DNA from: a phage
Direction: 5' to 3' (one strand)
Length of the DNA: 1,024 nucleotides
Sequence record: AM157367.1
Positions 1 to 1,024 of this stretch are shown in pieces. Made by a program: the position numbers and the translations under genes. The notes beneath the pieces were generated by a model. It did not search any database, was not told the DNA's origin, and saw only the letters and a list, made by a program, of their open reading frames with translations. Positions within the stretch are counted from its first letter, which is position 1. Each line of letters opens with the position of its first letter.

Positions 1-66
1 AAAAAATTCACGTATCCGGTCGCTGATGAGTGGCCGGGATTCTCAACAGTAATGGAGTGGACATGA
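1..66 (+). CDS. 3' end of an upstream ORF (partial; C-terminus ...KKFTYPVADEWPGFSTVMEWT*)
   Basis: Frame 1 is open from the window edge to TGA at 64-66, which overlaps the ATG at 63-65 of the next gene (ATGA), a classic translational-coupling junction. The other two + frames are also open from the edge (stops at 24-26 and 50-52), so the frame assignment is tentative. Too short to assign function. Confidence 0.35.
   Translation, partial: KKFTYPVADEWPGFSTVMEWT
53..56 (+). promoter_or_regulatory. Shine-Dalgarno (GGAG) for ORF1
   Basis: GGAG lies 6 nt upstream of ATG 63 (9 nt upstream of the adjacent in-frame ATG 66). This favours ATG 63/66 over the GTG at 30 used in the ORF track. Confidence 0.5.
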
Positions 67-518
67 TGGCAAAAATTCACGAGGTAAAGCTGCACGCAAA
101 ATATTTCGACCTTGTGCTGGAAGGAAAGAAACGCGCAGAGTTTCGGAAAAATGACCGTAATTATGAGCGCGGGGACACGTTGATTTCGCATGAATGGGGG
201 CAGGGTGTGTATACGGGGCGAAAGGTTGAAGCCCGGATAACAGATGTTACTGACCTGTCAGACTGGCTGGAAGACTATGTCTTGCTAAGTATTGAGCTGC
301 TTAGTACAGGCGCATATGAGATTGTGAACTGGAAAGAACTTAGTGAGCGTGGCCTGGTATTCAGAATTAATCATGAAATTATGCATCAGCTCGGCCTTGC
401 TGTTATGTATGAACCAGAGACGGGGATGTCTGGCGGGGCAATGGTTGCCACGGATGGAGCATGGAACTATTCAGATGAACAGATGGAGCGTGCACAGCAA
501 AACGGGTGGCTTGGATAA
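63..518 (+). CDS. ASCH-like / DUF3850-family domain protein with uncharacterised C-terminal extension (151 aa from ATG 63)
   Basis: Long ORF ending at TAA 516-518. N-terminal ~80 aa (MMAKIHEVKLHAKYFDLVLEGKKRAEFRKNDRNYERGDTLISHEWGQGVYTGRKVEARITDV...YVLLSIELL) fits my recollection of the DUF3850/ASCH-like pattern (H-E-hK-h-x-YF...G-K-x-x-E-h-R-K-N-D-R-x-a-x-x-G-D-x-L...YTGR). SD at 53-56 and ATGA overlap with the upstream ORF. Start could equally be ATG 66 or, less likely, GTG 30. Family assignment is from memory, not a search. Confidence 0.8.
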   Translation: MMAKIHEVKLHAKYFDLVLEGKKRAEFRKNDRNYERGDTLISHEWGQGVYTGRKVEARITDVTDLSDWLEDYVLLSIELLSTGAYEIVNWKELSERGLVFRINHEIMHQLGLAVMYEPETGMSGGAMVATDGAWNYSDEQMERAQQNGWLG

Positions 519-721
519 TGCACAGAATACCAGGCGAGATACCGCACCATAAAACTAAAAATATCAAGCTGATGGCTATTGTTCAGCGTTTACAGCGGAT
601 TATGGTCAACGAAAATCTGACGCCCGATGAGCTAGTCGGGTGTGCCGAAATAGTCCGGGATAATTACGGGCGGTTTAACCATATCGGTCAATCAAGAGTT
701 ACGCCACCACCACGCAGATGA
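518..721 (+). CDS. small basic hypothetical protein (67 aa; MHRIPGEIPHHKTKNIKLMAIVQRLQRIMVNENLTPDELVGCAEIVRDNYGRFNHIGQSRVTPPPRR)
   Basis: ATG 518-520 overlaps the TAA stop of ORF1 (TAATG). A weak SD-like GGTGG at 505-509 lies 8 nt upstream. Stop is TGA 719-721. Net positive charge (about 11 K/R against 6 D/E). Alternative starts are GTG 506 and ATG 572; the latter has no SD. No family recognised. Confidence 0.6.
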   Translation: MHRIPGEIPHHKTKNIKLMAIVQRLQRIMVNENLTPDELVGCAEIVRDNYGRFNHIGQSRVTPPPRR

Positions 722-863
722 TAGAGAACGCCCCAGTCGTGAAACTTGTGTTCAGGGCTGGCGGGGTTGAACAACGAGCGTAGCGAGGCGTTAGCTGGTT
801 ATCAGATTGACTCCTGGTATTATTGGCGCATAGCGCGGCCAGTAACCACAATGAAGCCGACTC

Positions 864-892
864 AAACCGGCAACCTGAATGCCGGTTTTTTT
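864..892 (+). terminator. rho-independent (intrinsic) terminator
   Basis: Perfect 9-bp stem AAACCGGCA (864-872) / TGCCGGTTT (880-888) with a 7-nt loop ACCTGAA, followed by a T-run (TTTTTTT, then ATGCGTTTTTT through 903). The T-tract is on the + strand only, so it terminates the + strand operon. Confidence 0.8.
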
Positions 893-928
893 ATGCGTTT
901 TTTCAGTATGTTCTGCCATTTTTAGCTC

Positions 929-959
929 TGCATGCACTACTGCATCGAATCGCATGCAT
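929..959. promoter_or_regulatory. cluster of palindromic GCATGC / TGCAT motifs (candidate operator or protein-binding site)
   Basis: TGCATGCA (929-936, 8-bp palindrome), TGCAT (941-945), GCATGC (952-957) overlapping ATGCAT (954-959). The two GCATGC hexamers are 22 bp apart centre to centre, about two helical turns. Lies just downstream of the terminator in ORF-poor sequence. Function is inferred, not demonstrated. Confidence 0.3.
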
Positions 960-1024
960 TTTCCTTCCCTGTCACGTGTGAGCGCCGCTGGTGCTGGCGC
1001 GCTTCCGGCGTGTTCGTGCATCTG

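Noticed and set aside
14-40. Short inverted repeat around CCGG (ATCCGG...CCGGGAT)
   Set aside because: The stem is only 4-5 bp with no following T-run, and it lies inside coding sequence. Not a credible terminator or operator.
30-62. GTG at 30 as the start of ORF1 (162-aa version from the ORF track)
   Set aside because: The in-frame ATG at 63 is preceded by GGAG at the right spacing and forms an ATGA overlap with the upstream ORF's stop. GTG 30 has no SD and would sit inside the upstream reading frame.
343-552. 69-aa + strand ORF in an alternative frame, embedded in ORF1 and ORF2
   Set aside because: It lies wholly inside two better-supported, coupled CDSs and has no RBS. Most likely a chance open frame.
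807-823. Promoter-like hexamers TTGACT (807-812) and TATTAT (818-823)
   Set aside because: Each matches consensus well, but they are only 5 bp apart and cannot form a sigma-70 promoter together. No suitably spaced partner was found for either.
851-925. 24-codon + strand mini-ORF (MKPTQTGNLNAGFFMRFFSMFCHF) spanning the terminator
   Set aside because: No RBS, and its coding sequence is the terminator hairpin and T-tract themselves. The open frame is more plausibly a by-product of the terminator sequence.
791-1021. 76-aa minus-strand ORF (MHEHAGSAPAPAALTRDREGKCMRFDAVVHAELKMAEHTEKTHKKTGIQVAGLSRLHCGYWPRYAPIIPGVNLITS)
   Set aside because: It reads straight through the + strand terminator hairpin and the palindromic motif cluster. 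The N-terminus is low-complexity and Ala/Pro-rich, and I see no SD upstream of its ATG. Probably spurious, though a real antisense gene extending beyond the window cannot be excluded without downstream sequence.

Overview
The window holds the distal end of a + strand operon of small, translationally coupled genes, then a strong intrinsic terminator and an ORF-poor region with a palindromic motif cluster. The partial upstream ORF ends at TGA 64-66, overlapping the ATG at 63 of ORF1 (ATGA junction). ORF1 (63..518, 151 aa) has an N-terminal region whose motif pattern matches, from memory, the ASCH-like DUF3850 family, fused to a ~70-aa acidic C-terminal extension I do not recognise. ORF2 (518..721, 67 aa) starts on the TAATG overlap with ORF1's stop and is a small basic protein of no recognised family. 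A long ORF-free tail (722..863) ends in a rho-independent terminator (864..892). Downstream lies a cluster of GCATGC/TGCAT palindromic motifs (929..959) and a GC-rich stretch (about 66% GC over 961..1024) open in several frames to the window edge. Composition, codon usage and gene architecture suggest an enterobacterial prophage or mobile-element accessory cassette, but I cannot verify this without database searches. No RNA genes, CRISPR arrays or transposase/IS termini are visible.
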